From: Alphaproteobacteria bacterium
GTDB taxonomy: Bacteria > Pseudomonadota > Alphaproteobacteria > MPNO01
Assembly (NCBI GenBank): GCA_963422565.1
Contig: OY730228.1
Coordinates: 2,817,802 to 2,881,801, forward strand
Direction: 5' to 3'
DNA: 64,000 nt
Shown here: piece by piece, positions 27,923 to 37,317 of the stretch
Layout of the letters: each line of letters opens with the position of its first letter
Position numbering within the stretch: the first letter of the stretch is position 1
Notes under the pieces: model-generated
Told to the model about the DNA's origin: nothing
Database searches by the model: none
The model's input: only the letters and a program-made list of their open reading frames with translations
Position numbers and translations under genes: made by a program

Positions 27923-28783
27923 ATGATCCGCAACGAGCATATTCCCGGTACCCCCAGGCTCGCCGTCGGCGTGGCGGGGGAGGGGCCGCTGCTGGTCTTC
28001 TTGCACGGGATCGGCGGCAACAGGACCAATTGGGATTCCCAACTTCCCGCCTTCGCCCCGCATTTCACGGCGGTCGCCTGGGATGCCCGCGGCTACGGCG
28101 ACTCGGAGGATTACGCGGGGCCGCTCGACTTCGCCGACTTCAGCCGCGATCTGCTCCGCGTTCTCGACCATTTCGGCGCCGAGCGCGCCCATCTCTGCGG
28201 GCTGTCGATGGGCGGGCGCATCGCCCAGGACTTCTACCCGCGCTACCCCGACCGGGTCGCCTCGATGGTGCTCTGCGGTACCTTCGCCGGCGTGGATCCG
28301 GCGGATCCGCGCTCCGGCCGGACCCAGTCCTCAGATGCCTTCGTCGCCTCGCGCATCCAGCCCTATCTGGACGGCGCCGACCCGGCCGAGCGCGCGCCGG
28401 ACGGGGTTTCCTGGCTGATGGCGCCGGACCGGTCGGAAGAGGCGTTCCGCAACGCGGTCGCGGCCCATGCCGCGATCCATGTCGAATCCTACGTCAAGAC
28501 CGTGCGCGCCTCGGCCGATTACGACCGGGTCGCCGACCTGCCGCGCATCGCCGTCCCCGTGCTGCTGGTCTTTGGCGATCGGGACCCGTTGACGCCCCCG
28601 GCGGTCGGCGCGTACATGCAGGAGAATATCCCCGACGCCAGTCTGGAGATCGTCGCGGGGGCCGGCCATCTCGTCAATCTCGAGCGGCCCGAGGCCTTCA
28701 ACCGGATCGTGCTGCGTTTCCTGCTCGCCGGGAGGCAGAGGCCCGGCCCGCGGGCCGTTGCGTCTCCAGCCCGCCGGGTGTAA
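27923..28783 (+). CDS. alpha/beta hydrolase fold protein
   Basis: HGIGGN oxyanion-hole region, nucleophile elbow GLSMGG and a C-terminal His region (AGHLVNLE). Confidence 0.82.
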   Translation: MIRNEHIPGTPRLAVGVAGEGPLLVFLHGIGGNRTNWDSQLPAFAPHFTAVAWDARGYGDSEDYAGPLDFADFSRDLLRVLDHFGAERAHLCGLSMGGRIAQDFYPRYPDRVASMVLCGTFAGVDPADPRSGRTQSSDAFVASRIQPYLDGADPAERAPDGVSWLMAPDRSEEAFRNAVAAHAAIHVESYVKTVRASADYDRVADLPRIAVPVLLVFGDRDPLTPPAVGAYMQENIPDASLEIVAGAGHLVNLERPEAFNRIVLRFLLAGRQRPGPRAVASPARRV

Positions 28784-28804
28784 CAACGGCGCCCCGTTGC
28801 AACC

Positions 28805-29236
28805 GTGAATATTCCGCCAGCGATGAGCGACGAGTCGAAATCCCCTTCTTCATCCGCCGCATCGGCCTCCTCCCCGGAGCCGAAATCGTCCGATGCCGCA
28901 TCCTCCTCCTCCGTCGGCGGCGAAAGCCGGCCCGGCAAGTCGAGCCGGGAGTCGATCGGCGGGGCGAAGGATGTCCATTACGGCTATTTCAGCAGCGTTC
29001 GGTCGCGCGAGTACAAGTCGGGTTGGGATGCGATCTGGGGCGCCAAGGATGCGGCCGGCGGCGGGTCGGACGGAAGCGCGCCGATCCGCGTCGGCATGGC
29101 GCTCGACGAGCTTCCCGAGGAAGCGCGCCGGTCGCTGGTCGAGGCGGCGCGCCGCAAGCTCGCCCCGGTGGACTACGACGACCGGGACCGCGCCGGCGCG
29201 GTCTCCTGGCGCATCGAATGCGAGATCGGCCGCTAG
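28805..29236 (+). CDS. hypothetical protein (Ser-rich N-terminus, conserved-looking C-terminal half)
   Basis: 143-aa ORF with genome-typical high GC3 codon usage. No recognisable domain. The frame fits tightly after the upstream gene. Confidence 0.45.
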   Translation: MNIPPAMSDESKSPSSSAASASSPEPKSSDAASSSSVGGESRPGKSSRESIGGAKDVHYGYFSSVRSREYKSGWDAIWGAKDAAGGGSDGSAPIRVGMALDELPEEARRSLVEAARRKLAPVDYDDRDRAGAVSWRIECEIGR

Positions 29237-29612
29237 ACGAAGGCCCCCGACAGACATCGATCCAAGCCGTTGCGGCTGCTTCGGAAAGCTCCATTTTGCG
29301 GGCTCGCGTTTGGGCACGCTACAGGCTCGCCTCGGTCGGGTTGAGCGCTTGGCGCTGCGGCTTTGTCGGTTCGGTGATCGGGTCGAAGGGAGCTGCTCAG
29401 GGAAGTCCCGGCTGAACGCGGTTTCCGGCGGTGGTCGCCGGGTCTTCGAGGAGTGCGGGAGGCTGTGCACCGGCCCCTTGCTCTGCCCGGTTTGTTGCAG
29501 CGCTGGACCAGCATGTGAGCCGATCGACGGGCCAGGGGCGAGGGCACGGCTTCTGCCCAAGATCAGCTCGACCTCGGGAGGAAGGTCGGCCTCCAACAAG
29601 GTCCCCGAGGCC

Positions 29613-30821
29613 CTACTCGAAATCGGCATGGGCGCGGCGCTTGCCGGCGCCGTCGCGGGCGATCCGATCGGGGGTGACGGTCTGCGCGGCAGGTGGCCCC
29701 TCGAGGCCGAAGAAGCGCCGCATCCGTTCGTAGACGATCTCGTGGCGGAGCGCCGGGTCGAGGCCTTCGAACATCTCGTAGAGGATCGGCGAGGGGTCGG
29801 GCCAAGTGCCTTGCGGGTGCGGGTAGTCGGCGCCGAAGACGAGGATGTCGCGCAGGATGTTGTCCGGGTGCCGGATGCCTTGGGCGGCGATCGCATCTTC
29901 CTCGAAGGTGACCAGCATCTGGCGCCGGACATAGGCGCTCGGCAGCTCGTCGAGTCCGGTCTCCCTGAACAGACCCGGGCGCTCCTCGGCCTGGCGGTCC
30001 ATCCAGTAGATCAGAAACGGCACCCAGCCGGCTCGGCACTCCGCGAACAACAGCTTCAGCCCGGGATGGCGCTGCAGGGCGCCGCAATAGACGACATCGG
30101 CGATCGGCCGCGCGAGCGAGAAGGGCGCACAGGAGAAATAGGCCATTCGTTCGCCCCTCTCGGTCGGCGGGATGGCGGTATCGGCGCCGCCGCCGATATG
30201 GGCCGCGCAGACCATGCCGGTCTCGGCGAAGGCCTCCCAGGCCGCGTCCCAGCAGGGATGGAACATCGCCTCCTCGCCGTCGAACGGTACGAACTCGGCC
30301 GCCTTGCAGCCGCGCGCGGCGAGGCGCCGAATCTCGCCCGGCACCGAGGCGGCGTCGAAGACCGGGAGGATCGGGAGAATCATCAGCCGGTCGGGGGCCC
30401 GCGCGTTGAGCTCCATCACCCAGTCGTTGTAGACGCGGTGGACCTCGTGGCGGAGCGCCGGATCTTCGATGTCCCATTTGCGGGTCGCGCCGAAGCCGAC
30501 ATAGCCGTAGACGCTGCCGTGATCCATATGTTCGAGCAGCAGCGCCGGATCGGACGGCGGCAGCGCGCCGTCGGGGATGCGGGCGCCCGACCGCCCGAAG
30601 AACCGATCGAGCAGCTTGCGGTTGTCGGGGCCGTCGGCAGTGCCGCCGTCGCGGCCGCGTTTGATGCGCCCCTCCCAGCTCCAGTAGAGCCCTCCGTCCG
30701 CCTCGACGACCCTCGGTGCCCGATCGCGGAACCGCTGGGCGACGCGGTCCTGCCAGAGCCGGGCCGGGATCCATCGTTGATCGAGATGGTTGTCGGCCGA
30801 GTTGTATTTGTAGAAGATCAT
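29613..30821 (-). CDS. amidohydrolase-2 (ACMSD-type) family protein
   Basis: 402 aa with NSADNHLD, a central HIGGGAD and a C-terminal GADYPHPQG, the metal-dependent hydrolase/decarboxylase pattern. Confidence 0.75.
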   Translation of the reverse strand: MIFYKYNSADNHLDQRWIPARLWQDRVAQRFRDRAPRVVEADGGLYWSWEGRIKRGRDGGTADGPDNRKLLDRFFGRSGARIPDGALPPSDPALLLEHMDHGSVYGYVGFGATRKWDIEDPALRHEVHRVYNDWVMELNARAPDRLMILPILPVFDAASVPGEIRRLAARGCKAAEFVPFDGEEAMFHPCWDAAWEAFAETGMVCAAHIGGGADTAIPPTERGERMAYFSCAPFSLARPIADVVYCGALQRHPGLKLLFAECRAGWVPFLIYWMDRQAEERPGLFRETGLDELPSAYVRRQMLVTFEEDAIAAQGIRHPDNILRDILVFGADYPHPQGTWPDPSPILYEMFEGLDPALRHEIVYERMRRFFGLEGPPAAQTVTPDRIARDGAGKRRAHADFE

Positions 30822-30937
30822 GTTCTCGCTCCGTCTCGACCGGTTGCGGGGCCGCGGCCCTCCGCTTCGACGCGGACGGCCCGTGTCCGCGGCGGTCCGC
30901 GCCCGCATCGTTATACCGCGCGAGGGCCGCATCTTGG

Positions 30938-31465
30938 ATGGCGGATGCGGCGTTGTCGACGCGCCGGCCGCACTGGGCTATACCGGTGCCCGAGACTGCG
31001 AGAGGTGGCCGGGTGCCCGGTGGCGAGACTATCGACGACGCCAAGCGGCGCCTCATCGACGATTTCGCATATCTCGGCGATTGGGTGCAGCGCTACGAGC
31101 ATATCGTCGATCTCGGCCGCAGGCTCGAAGGCCTTCCCGAAGCGGACAAGCGGGACCGCCATCTCGTTCCCGGCTGCCAGTCGCGGGTCTGGTTCCACGC
31201 CGAGCGGCGCGGCGAGCGGCTCCGCTTCCGCGCCGACAGCGACGCGCTGATCGTGCGCGGCTTGATCGCCTTGCTGCTCCGCGTCTATTCCGCGCGCCGG
31301 CCCGAGGAGATCCTGGCCACGCCGGCGTCTTTCTTCGACGTCCTGGGCCTCGGCTCCCATCTCAGCGGCAGCCGGGCCAACGGGCTGCACGCCATGATCC
31401 GCCGGATCCACCTCTTCGCAGCGGAGGCCTCGGCCGAGGGGGCGGAGAGCGGCGAAGCGCCGTGA
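30938..31465 (+). CDS. sufE: SufE-like cysteine desulfuration/sulfur-acceptor protein
   Basis: SufE core LIDDFAYLGDWVQRYEHIVDLGRRLEGLPEADKRDRHLVPGCQSRVW with the conserved Cys in GCQS. The start is ambiguous between ATG 30938 and GTG 31004. Confidence 0.7.
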   Translation: MADAALSTRRPHWAIPVPETARGGRVPGGETIDDAKRRLIDDFAYLGDWVQRYEHIVDLGRRLEGLPEADKRDRHLVPGCQSRVWFHAERRGERLRFRADSDALIVRGLIALLLRVYSARRPEEILATPASFFDVLGLGSHLSGSRANGLHAMIRRIHLFAAEASAEGAESGEAP

Positions 31466-32344
31466 GTGTCGCCCATGCATGATCCGCCGAGCCGTCCCCT
31501 GACTTGGCACGACGGACGCTGGCTGGAGGGCAACCCGCCTTTGCTCGGGCCGATGGACCATTCCTGGTGGATGGCGTCCACGGTCTTCGACGGCGCCCGC
31601 TCGATCGCCAGCCGCGCGCCCGATCTCGATCTGCACTGCCGACGGGTCGTCGCCTCGGCGCGCGTCATGGGCATGCGGCCGCCGATCGAGGCCGAACGGA
31701 TCGAGGCGCTATGCTGGGAGGGCATCGAGCGCTTCGCCCCGGACGCCGAGCTCTATATCCGCCCCATGTTCTATTTCACCGAGGGCTTCCTGCGGCCGGA
31801 GGCGGCGGGCACGCGCTTCCTCCTGACGATGTTCGTCTCGCCGCTGCCGGAGTGGCGCGGGGTGACCGCCTGCAGGGTGCCGTTCCGCCGCCCGGTGCCC
31901 GACATGGCGCTGACCGACGCCAAGGCGTCGAGCCTCTACCCCAACGTGATCCGGTCGATGGAGGCTGCGCGCGCCAAGGGCTACGACACGGCGATCGTCC
32001 TCGACGGGCTCGGCAATGTCGCCGAGTTCGCGACCAACAACCTGTTCATTGCCGCCGGCGGGACGGTGCGGACGCCCGCGGCCAACGGCACCTTCCTCGC
32101 CGGCATCACCCGGTCGCGGGTGATGGCGCTGCTGTCGGGCGCGGGGGTCCGGGTCGAGGCGGCGACGCTGACGATCGCGGATGTGCTCGCCGCCGACGAG
32201 GCGTTCCTCACGGGCAACTATTCCAAGGTCCTGCCGGTCACCCGGATCGAGGATCGCGGCTACGAGATCGGCCCCATGGCGCGGCTCGCCCGCCGGCTCT
32301 ACATGGAGTTCGTCGACCGCCAAGGCGGACGCCGAGCGGCCTGA
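31466..32344 (+). CDS. class IV (fold-type IV) PLP-dependent aminotransferase; BCAT/D-amino-acid aminotransferase/ADC-lyase family
   Basis: 292 aa with the fold-type IV pattern (...FDG.R...HL.RL..SA..) and the ...EAFLTGN... motif. Its GTG start abuts the sufE stop. Confidence 0.7.
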   Translation: MSPMHDPPSRPLTWHDGRWLEGNPPLLGPMDHSWWMASTVFDGARSIASRAPDLDLHCRRVVASARVMGMRPPIEAERIEALCWEGIERFAPDAELYIRPMFYFTEGFLRPEAAGTRFLLTMFVSPLPEWRGVTACRVPFRRPVPDMALTDAKASSLYPNVIRSMEAARAKGYDTAIVLDGLGNVAEFATNNLFIAAGGTVRTPAANGTFLAGITRSRVMALLSGAGVRVEAATLTIADVLAADEAFLTGNYSKVLPVTRIEDRGYEIGPMARLARRLYMEFVDRQGGRRAA

Positions 32345-32462
32345 CCCCGCGCCGCCGTCAGGGCGCGGCCGGGGTGTTCGGCGCGACGACGGCGAAGGGA
32401 CCGGATCTCCGGGAACCTCCCCGAATCGCCCTGGCGGCGCATGCCGCAGATCGCCGAACGCG

Positions 32463-33083
32463 TCATCCGGACACGCCACACAAGTCGGCGCTTCTGGGGG
32501 TGAGGGGGTAGGGGACCTGGTTGGGGCCGGGGATCGGCCGGCCTTCCGGGCCGTCCTCGTAGCCGAGCTGGCGAAAGGTGCCGGTCTTGCGGCTGCGGAC
32601 GATGACCGCGATCGACTTGCGGTCCCCGGCATATTCGGAGTGGATCTCGTAAGGCGCGACAAGGTCGACTGCGCCCGGCCCGCATTCGACGGCACGCGTT
32701 TCCTCCAGCCTTCGCGTCCCGGCGGGGTCGTCGACGACCGAGAAGCGGACGATCCGCTCCGCACCCTCGAGCAACCCGTAGACGGTCCAGGACGGCCCAT
32801 GGTCGTGGATCATCGCCCTGCCCCCCGGCTTCTTGATCAACCCGTTGAGGGCGAAACCGTGATCGGGGTCGACATAGAACAGCAGGTTGTCCGCCGCCCT
32901 GCCGTCGAAGCCGCCGACCGGCCAGGATCGGGCGTGGTCCCGGAGATCGGGGTCGCGAAGGAGCCGGCCGAGCAGCGCCGCGCAGCGCCGCCAGCGAGCT
33001 TCGCCCTCCGGCTCCTCTCGGCAGACCGCGCGCAGATCGTCGATGAACGCCTCGACCGCCGGCAGCATTCGTCGGCGTTCCAT
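32463..33083 (-). CDS. cupin-fold protein, cysteine dioxygenase type I-like
   Basis: 206 aa with a metal-binding His region (HDHGPSW...G) in a cupin arrangement. Similarity to the CDO/3-mercaptopropionate dioxygenase family is judged by eye. Confidence 0.5.
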   Translation of the reverse strand: MERRRMLPAVEAFIDDLRAVCREEPEGEARWRRCAALLGRLLRDPDLRDHARSWPVGGFDGRAADNLLFYVDPDHGFALNGLIKKPGGRAMIHDHGPSWTVYGLLEGAERIVRFSVVDDPAGTRRLEETRAVECGPGAVDLVAPYEIHSEYAGDRKSIAVIVRSRKTGTFRQLGYEDGPEGRPIPGPNQVPYPLTPRSADLCGVSG

Positions 33084-33399
33084 CTCCCCTCCCGTCTCCG
33101 ATCCGGACGGCGCCGACGTTAGCCCCCGTCCCGCCGCCGGTCAAAGACGGTCCGATGCGACGGCCCGGACGGCATCTCGGACCGACCGATCGCACTGGTG
33201 GCAAGCCCCCGTCGCGCCATGGGCCGACGAAGCCGCGCATCCGGCAATTCGCAAGACCCGCGAAAGGGATCGGGAGGAGAGCGCGGACGGATCTTGACAG
33301 CGATGCGGGCGGTTTCTATCGTGCCTTTCGTCCGCGCCGGCCGCGCTTCCGTGCGGCGACGCGGGCATCCCGGCGCTGATCGTCCAGCGCGGCAAGCCG

Positions 33400-33759
33400 A
33401 TGGTCGAGAGCGATTCACCGCCCCCGCTGAGGGATCTGGATGCGCGTCTGAAGAGGGCGCGCGGTGCGGCGCCCGGGCGCGTCAGGGACGCCGACGCTCG
33501 CGAGCGGGGCAAGGGGCTGAGCTTGGCGCTCAAGATCGGCGTCGAGCTCGTCGCCTCGCTGGCGATCGGAGTCGGGATCGGTCTGCTGCTCGACGGTTGG
33601 CTGGGCAGCGCGCCCTGGATGCTGGTCGTCTTCTTCATGCTCGGGGCGGCGGCCGGGATGCTGAACGTCTATCGCGCGATGGCGGGTATGAGCCACAGCG
33701 TGGGATACGCCTCGGAACGGCGGAAGGATCGAGAGGCAGGCAGTCGTGGCGAGCGCTGA
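33400..33759 (+). CDS. atpI: ATP synthase protein I (AtpI/AtpR-like small membrane protein)
   Basis: 119 aa with two TM helices, sited directly upstream of atpB as in alphaproteobacterial atpIBEF'F operons. Confidence 0.7.
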   Translation: MVESDSPPPLRDLDARLKRARGAAPGRVRDADARERGKGLSLALKIGVELVASLAIGVGIGLLLDGWLGSAPWMLVVFFMLGAAAGMLNVYRAMAGMSHSVGYASERRKDREAGSRGER

Positions 33760-34483
33760 GCATCACGGTCCGCTGTCGCAGTTCGAGATCAAGACGCTGG
33801 TGCCGATCCGGCTCGGCGAGGCGGACATCTCCTTCACCAACGCGTCGCTGATGATGGTCGTCGCGCTGGTCCTGATCGCGCTGTTTCTTGTCCTCGGCAT
33901 GCGCCGCGCCGCGCTGGTGCCCGGACGCTGGCAATCGATGGCCGAGCTCAGCTACGAGTTCGTCGTGAATCTGATCCGCGATACCGTCGGCGCCGAGGGG
34001 CGCGGCTATTTCCCCTTCGTCTTCACGCTGTTCATGTTCGTGCTCTTCGGCAATCTGCTGGGGATGGTTCCCTACAGCTTCACCTTCACGAGCCATATCG
34101 TCGTCACCTTCGCCCTGGCGATCGTCGTCTTCGTCGGCGTGACCGTTCTCGGCTTCGTCAAGCACGGCATGCGTTTCTTTTCCTTCTTCGTGCCGCCCGG
34201 GGTCTCGGTCGCGCTGTGGCCGCTCCTGATCCCGATCGAGATCATCTCCTATCTGTCTCGGCCGATCAGCCTGTCGGTGCGGCTGTTCGCCAACATGCTG
34301 GCGGGCCATACCCTGCTGAAGGTGTTCGCCGGTTTCGTGCCTGTCCTGGGCGCGCTCGGCGTGCTCCCGCTCGCCTTCGTCGCCGCGCTCAGCGGCCTCG
34401 AGCTGGTGATCGCGTTCCTGCAGGCCTATGTGTTCGCGATTCTGACCTGCCTCTATATCAACGACGCGCTGCATCTGCATTGA
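33746..34483 (+). CDS. atpB: F0F1 ATP synthase subunit a
   Basis: 245 aa with LSVRLFANMLAGH, which holds the essential Arg, and typical helices. Confidence 0.92.
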   Translation: MASAEHHGPLSQFEIKTLVPIRLGEADISFTNASLMMVVALVLIALFLVLGMRRAALVPGRWQSMAELSYEFVVNLIRDTVGAEGRGYFPFVFTLFMFVLFGNLLGMVPYSFTFTSHIVVTFALAIVVFVGVTVLGFVKHGMRFFSFFVPPGVSVALWPLLIPIEIISYLSRPISLSVRLFANMLAGHTLLKVFAGFVPVLGALGVLPLAFVAALSGLELVIAFLQAYVFAILTCLYINDALHLH

Positions 34484-34539
34484 CGGCGCGCGTCGCGCCC
34501 TACCCAAGACCGCATCATCCTGCCGAAAGAGGGGACAAC

Positions 34540-34764
34540 ATGGATTTGGAAGCAGCCAAGGTCATCGGCGCGGGCCTCGCCGTCATCGGCGTCGTCGGCT
34601 CCGGTATCGGGATCGGATCGATCTTCTCGTCCTTCATTTCCGCCGTCGCGCGCAACCCGGCTGCGCGTGGGGACGTGTTCCCGATGACCATGCTCGGCTT
34701 CGCGCTGGTCGAGGCGATCGCCCTGTTCGCGCTGGTCGTCGCGCTGGTCATCCTGTTCGGTTAG
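34540..34764 (+). CDS. atpE: F0F1 ATP synthase subunit c
   Basis: 74-aa hairpin: GAGLAVIGVVGSGIGIG ... PMTMLGFALVEAIALFALVVAL with the conserved carboxylate E. SD gaggggacaac. Confidence 0.92.
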   Translation: MDLEAAKVIGAGLAVIGVVGSGIGIGSIFSSFISAVARNPAARGDVFPMTMLGFALVEAIALFALVVALVILFG

Positions 34765-34795
34765 GCCGCCGCACGCTCGGGACCCGACGCGCGCC

Positions 34796-35290
34796 ATGCC
34801 GCAACTCGAACAGATCGACACCTATCTCAGCCAGGTCTTCTGGCTGGCCGTGACCTTCGTGCTGCTCTATCTGCTGCTGTGGCGGTCGGCCCTGCCGCGG
34901 ATCGCCCGGGTGCTGACCGAGCGGCAGGACAGGATCAACGACGACATCCGGAAGGCGGAGACGCTGCGGGAAGAGGCCCGGGCGGTCCATCGGTCCTACG
35001 AGGAGACCACCGCCAAGGCGCGCGCCGAGGGGCAAGCGATCCTGCGCGACAGCAGCGACGCCCTCGCCGCTTTCGCGGCCGAACGCCATGAAGCGGTGAG
35101 CCGGAGGATCGCCGGCGAGATATCGGCGGCCGAGGCCAGAATCGAGGCCGAGCGCGGCGAGGCGCTGGCCGACATCCGCGAGATCGCCGTCGAGACCGCC
35201 GCGGCCGCCGCGGCGCGCCTGCTGGGCGGGGCGCCGGAACGCTCGGCGGTCGAGGCCGAGGTCGCGGCGCTGACGGCCGAGGGGCGCTGA
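34796..35290 (+). CDS. atpF: F0F1 ATP synthase subunit b'
   Basis: 164 aa with one N-terminal TM helix and a long Ala/Glu/Arg-rich coiled coil. Confidence 0.85.
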   Translation: MPQLEQIDTYLSQVFWLAVTFVLLYLLLWRSALPRIARVLTERQDRINDDIRKAETLREEARAVHRSYEETTAKARAEGQAILRDSSDALAAFAAERHEAVSRRIAGEISAAEARIEAERGEALADIREIAVETAAAAAARLLGGAPERSAVEAEVAALTAEGR

Positions 35291-35772
35291 TGCTGGAGAG
35301 TCCCGAATTCTGGGTCGCGGTCGGCTTCGTCCTTCTCGTCGCCGGGATCGCCCGCCCGGCGGCGCGGTCGATCACGACGGCGCTCGACGCGCGAAGCGCC
35401 CGCATCGAGGCCTCTCTCGACGAGGCGCGCAAGCTGCGCGAGGAAGCCCAGCACCTGCTCACCGAGTATCAGCGCAAGCAGCGGGACGCGGCGCGCGAGT
35501 CACGGCAGATCGTCGAGCAGGCACGGATCGACGCCGAACGCATCGCCGCCGCCGCCCGCGCCGATCTCGAACGGGCGCTCGAACGCCGCGAGGCCGTGGC
35601 CCGGGAGAAGATCGCCCGCGCGGAGGTGGAAGCCCTGCGCGGGATTCGCGCCCTCGCCATCGATATCGCCATCGCCGCGACCGAACGGGTGATCGCCGAG
35701 CGCCTGGCGCCGGAGCAGGCGCGGTCGTTGATCGACTCGGCGATCGCCGAGCTTCCCGGCCAGATATCGTAG
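35290..35772 (+). CDS. atpF: F0F1 ATP synthase subunit b
   Basis: 160 aa with a TM helix and coiled coil. Its start overlaps the stop of b'. Confidence 0.85.
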   Translation: MLESPEFWVAVGFVLLVAGIARPAARSITTALDARSARIEASLDEARKLREEAQHLLTEYQRKQRDAARESRQIVEQARIDAERIAAAARADLERALERREAVAREKIARAEVEALRGIRALAIDIAIAATERVIAERLAPEQARSLIDSAIAELPGQIS

Positions 35773-35805
35773 CGCAGCGGCGGCCCTTTCCCGGCCGGCC
35801 GCGCC

Positions 35806-37317
35806 CTATTCGTCGGCGCGGCCCGTCGCGGGTTCGGCCTGCCAGCGCAGCCTCGGGCGGCGGGCGGCGCCCGTCTCGTCGAAACGCCGCCGCGGCGCCG
35901 TTCTCGGTGCCGCGGCGAAGTCCTCCGCCTTGCCCTGCCCTGCCCGCTGCGCCAAATCCCTGAGCGTCGCGACGAACGCGTCGAGCCCCGGCTTGCCCTC
36001 GCTCTCGGTCGGCTCGATCAGAATGGCGCCGTGCACGACCAGCGGGAAATAGATCGTCGGCGGATGATAGCCGGCATCGATCATCGCCTTCGCGAAATCG
36101 AGCGTGCTCACCCCGCTGCCCTCGAGGAACCGGTCGTCGAACAGCACCTCGTGCATATGCGGCCCGTCATAAGCGGGGGGCATCCTGTCGGCCAGCCGGG
36201 CGGCGACATAGTTGGCGCCGAGCACCGCGTCGGTGGAGGCCTGGCGCAGGCCGTCCGCCCCGTGGCTCATCATGAAGGCGAGCGCTCGGACGAACATGCC
36301 GAACTGGCCATGGAAGCCCTTGATGCGGCCGAACGGCGCCGCACCTCCCGCGGCCGCCTCTTCCTCCGTTTCCACCAGGGCGACACCGTCCGGCCCGTCG
36401 ACCAGGAAGGGGACCGGGGCATGGGGCGCGAGCGCCGCCGACAGGGCGACCGGGCCGCTTCCCGGTCCGCCGCCGCCATGCGGGGTCGAGAACGTCTTGT
36501 GCAGGTTGAGATGCATGCAGTCGATGCCGAGATCGCCCGGCCGGACGCGGCCGACGATGGCGTTGAAGTTTGCGCCGTCGCAGTAGAAATGGGCGCCGAC
36601 ATCGTGCACCGCCTCTGCCTGGGCGAGGATCTCGTCCTCGAACAGCCCGCAGGTATTGGGGTTGGTCAGCATGAAGGCGGCGACATCCTCGTCTAGCGCG
36701 CGGCGCAGCGCCGCCAGATCGACGCGCCCGCGCCGGCCGAGAGGGACCGAGACGACCTCGTAGCCGCACATCGCCGCGCTCGCGGGGTTGGTGCCGTGCG
36801 CCGAATCGGGCACCAGCACGCGGCGGCGGGCGCCGCCGGCCGCCTCCAGCGCCGCCCGGATGGTCATCAGCCCGGTCGCCTCGCCATGCGCTCCGGCGGC
36901 GGGCGAGAGGCATATCGCCGGAAGACCGGTCAAGCGCGTCAACCACCGGGAGAGGATGGCCATCAGCGCAAGCGCGCCCTGCACGGTGTCGACGGGCTGG
37001 AGCGGGTGGATGTCCGCGAAACCGGAAAGCCTGGCGAGCTTCTCGTTGAGCCGCGGGTTGTGCTTCATGGTGCAGGAGCCGAGCGGATAGAAGCCGCTGT
37101 CGATTCCGTAGTTCTTCTGGCTGAGCCGCGTGTAGTGACGCACGGCCTCCGGCTCGGACAGACCAGGGAGATCGAGCGGGGCCGCCCGCGCCAGCCCGCC
37201 CAGCCGCTCTTCGCAAGCGGGCGGCTCGGCAAGGTCCACGCCCGAGCGGTCCGCCGCGCCGAGCTCGAAGATCAGCGGCTCCTCGAACCGCAGCGCAGGG
37301 CGGTCGGTCCCGGTCAT
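35806..37317 (-). CDS. gcvPB: glycine dehydrogenase (aminomethyl-transferring) subunit 2
   Basis: 503 aa with a PLP-binding lysine region ([15 protein letters not shown]) and the GcvPB N-terminus [24 protein letters not shown]. Confidence 0.92.
   Translation of the reverse strand: MTGTDRPALRFEEPLIFELGAADRSGVDLAEPPACEERLGGLARAAPLDLPGLSEPEAVRHYTRLSQKNYGIDSGFYPLGSCTMKHNPRLNEKLARLSGFADIHPLQPVDTVQGALALMAILSRWLTRLTGLPAICLSPAAGAHGEATGLMTIRAALEAAGGARRRVLVPDSAHGTNPASAAMCGYEVVSVPLGRRGRVDLAALRRALDEDVAAFMLTNPNTCGLFEDEILAQAEAVHDVGAHFYCDGANFNAIVGRVRPGDLGIDCMHLNLHKTFSTPHGGGGPGSGPVALSAALAPHAPVPFLVDGPDGVALVETEEEAAAGGAAPFGRIKGFHGQFGMFVRALAFMMSHGADGLRQASTDAVLGANYVAARLADRMPPAYDGPHMHEVLFDDRFLEGSGVSTLDFAKAMIDAGYHPPTIYFPLVVHGAILIEPTESEGKPGLDAFVATLRDLAQRAGQGKAEDFAAAPRTAPRRRFDETGAARRPRLRWQAEPATGRADE

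Noticed and set aside
23480-28068. Very long antisense ORFs (819 aa and 747 aa) opposite the coxL-like, amidohydrolase and cinA-arsC genes
   Set aside because: They are opposite well-supported genes and have low-complexity composition. They are high-GC artefacts.
28030-31250. 461-aa and 785-aa plus-strand ORFs spanning the hydrolase, hypothetical and amidohydrolase region
   Set aside because: They are alternate-frame or antisense readings of genes with clear homology, with no domain signal.
33084-33399. Small ORFs in the cupin/atpI divergent intergenic region (e.g. 33155..33379)
   Set aside because: They are Arg-rich, lack an SD and show no conservation signal. It is probably a promoter region only.
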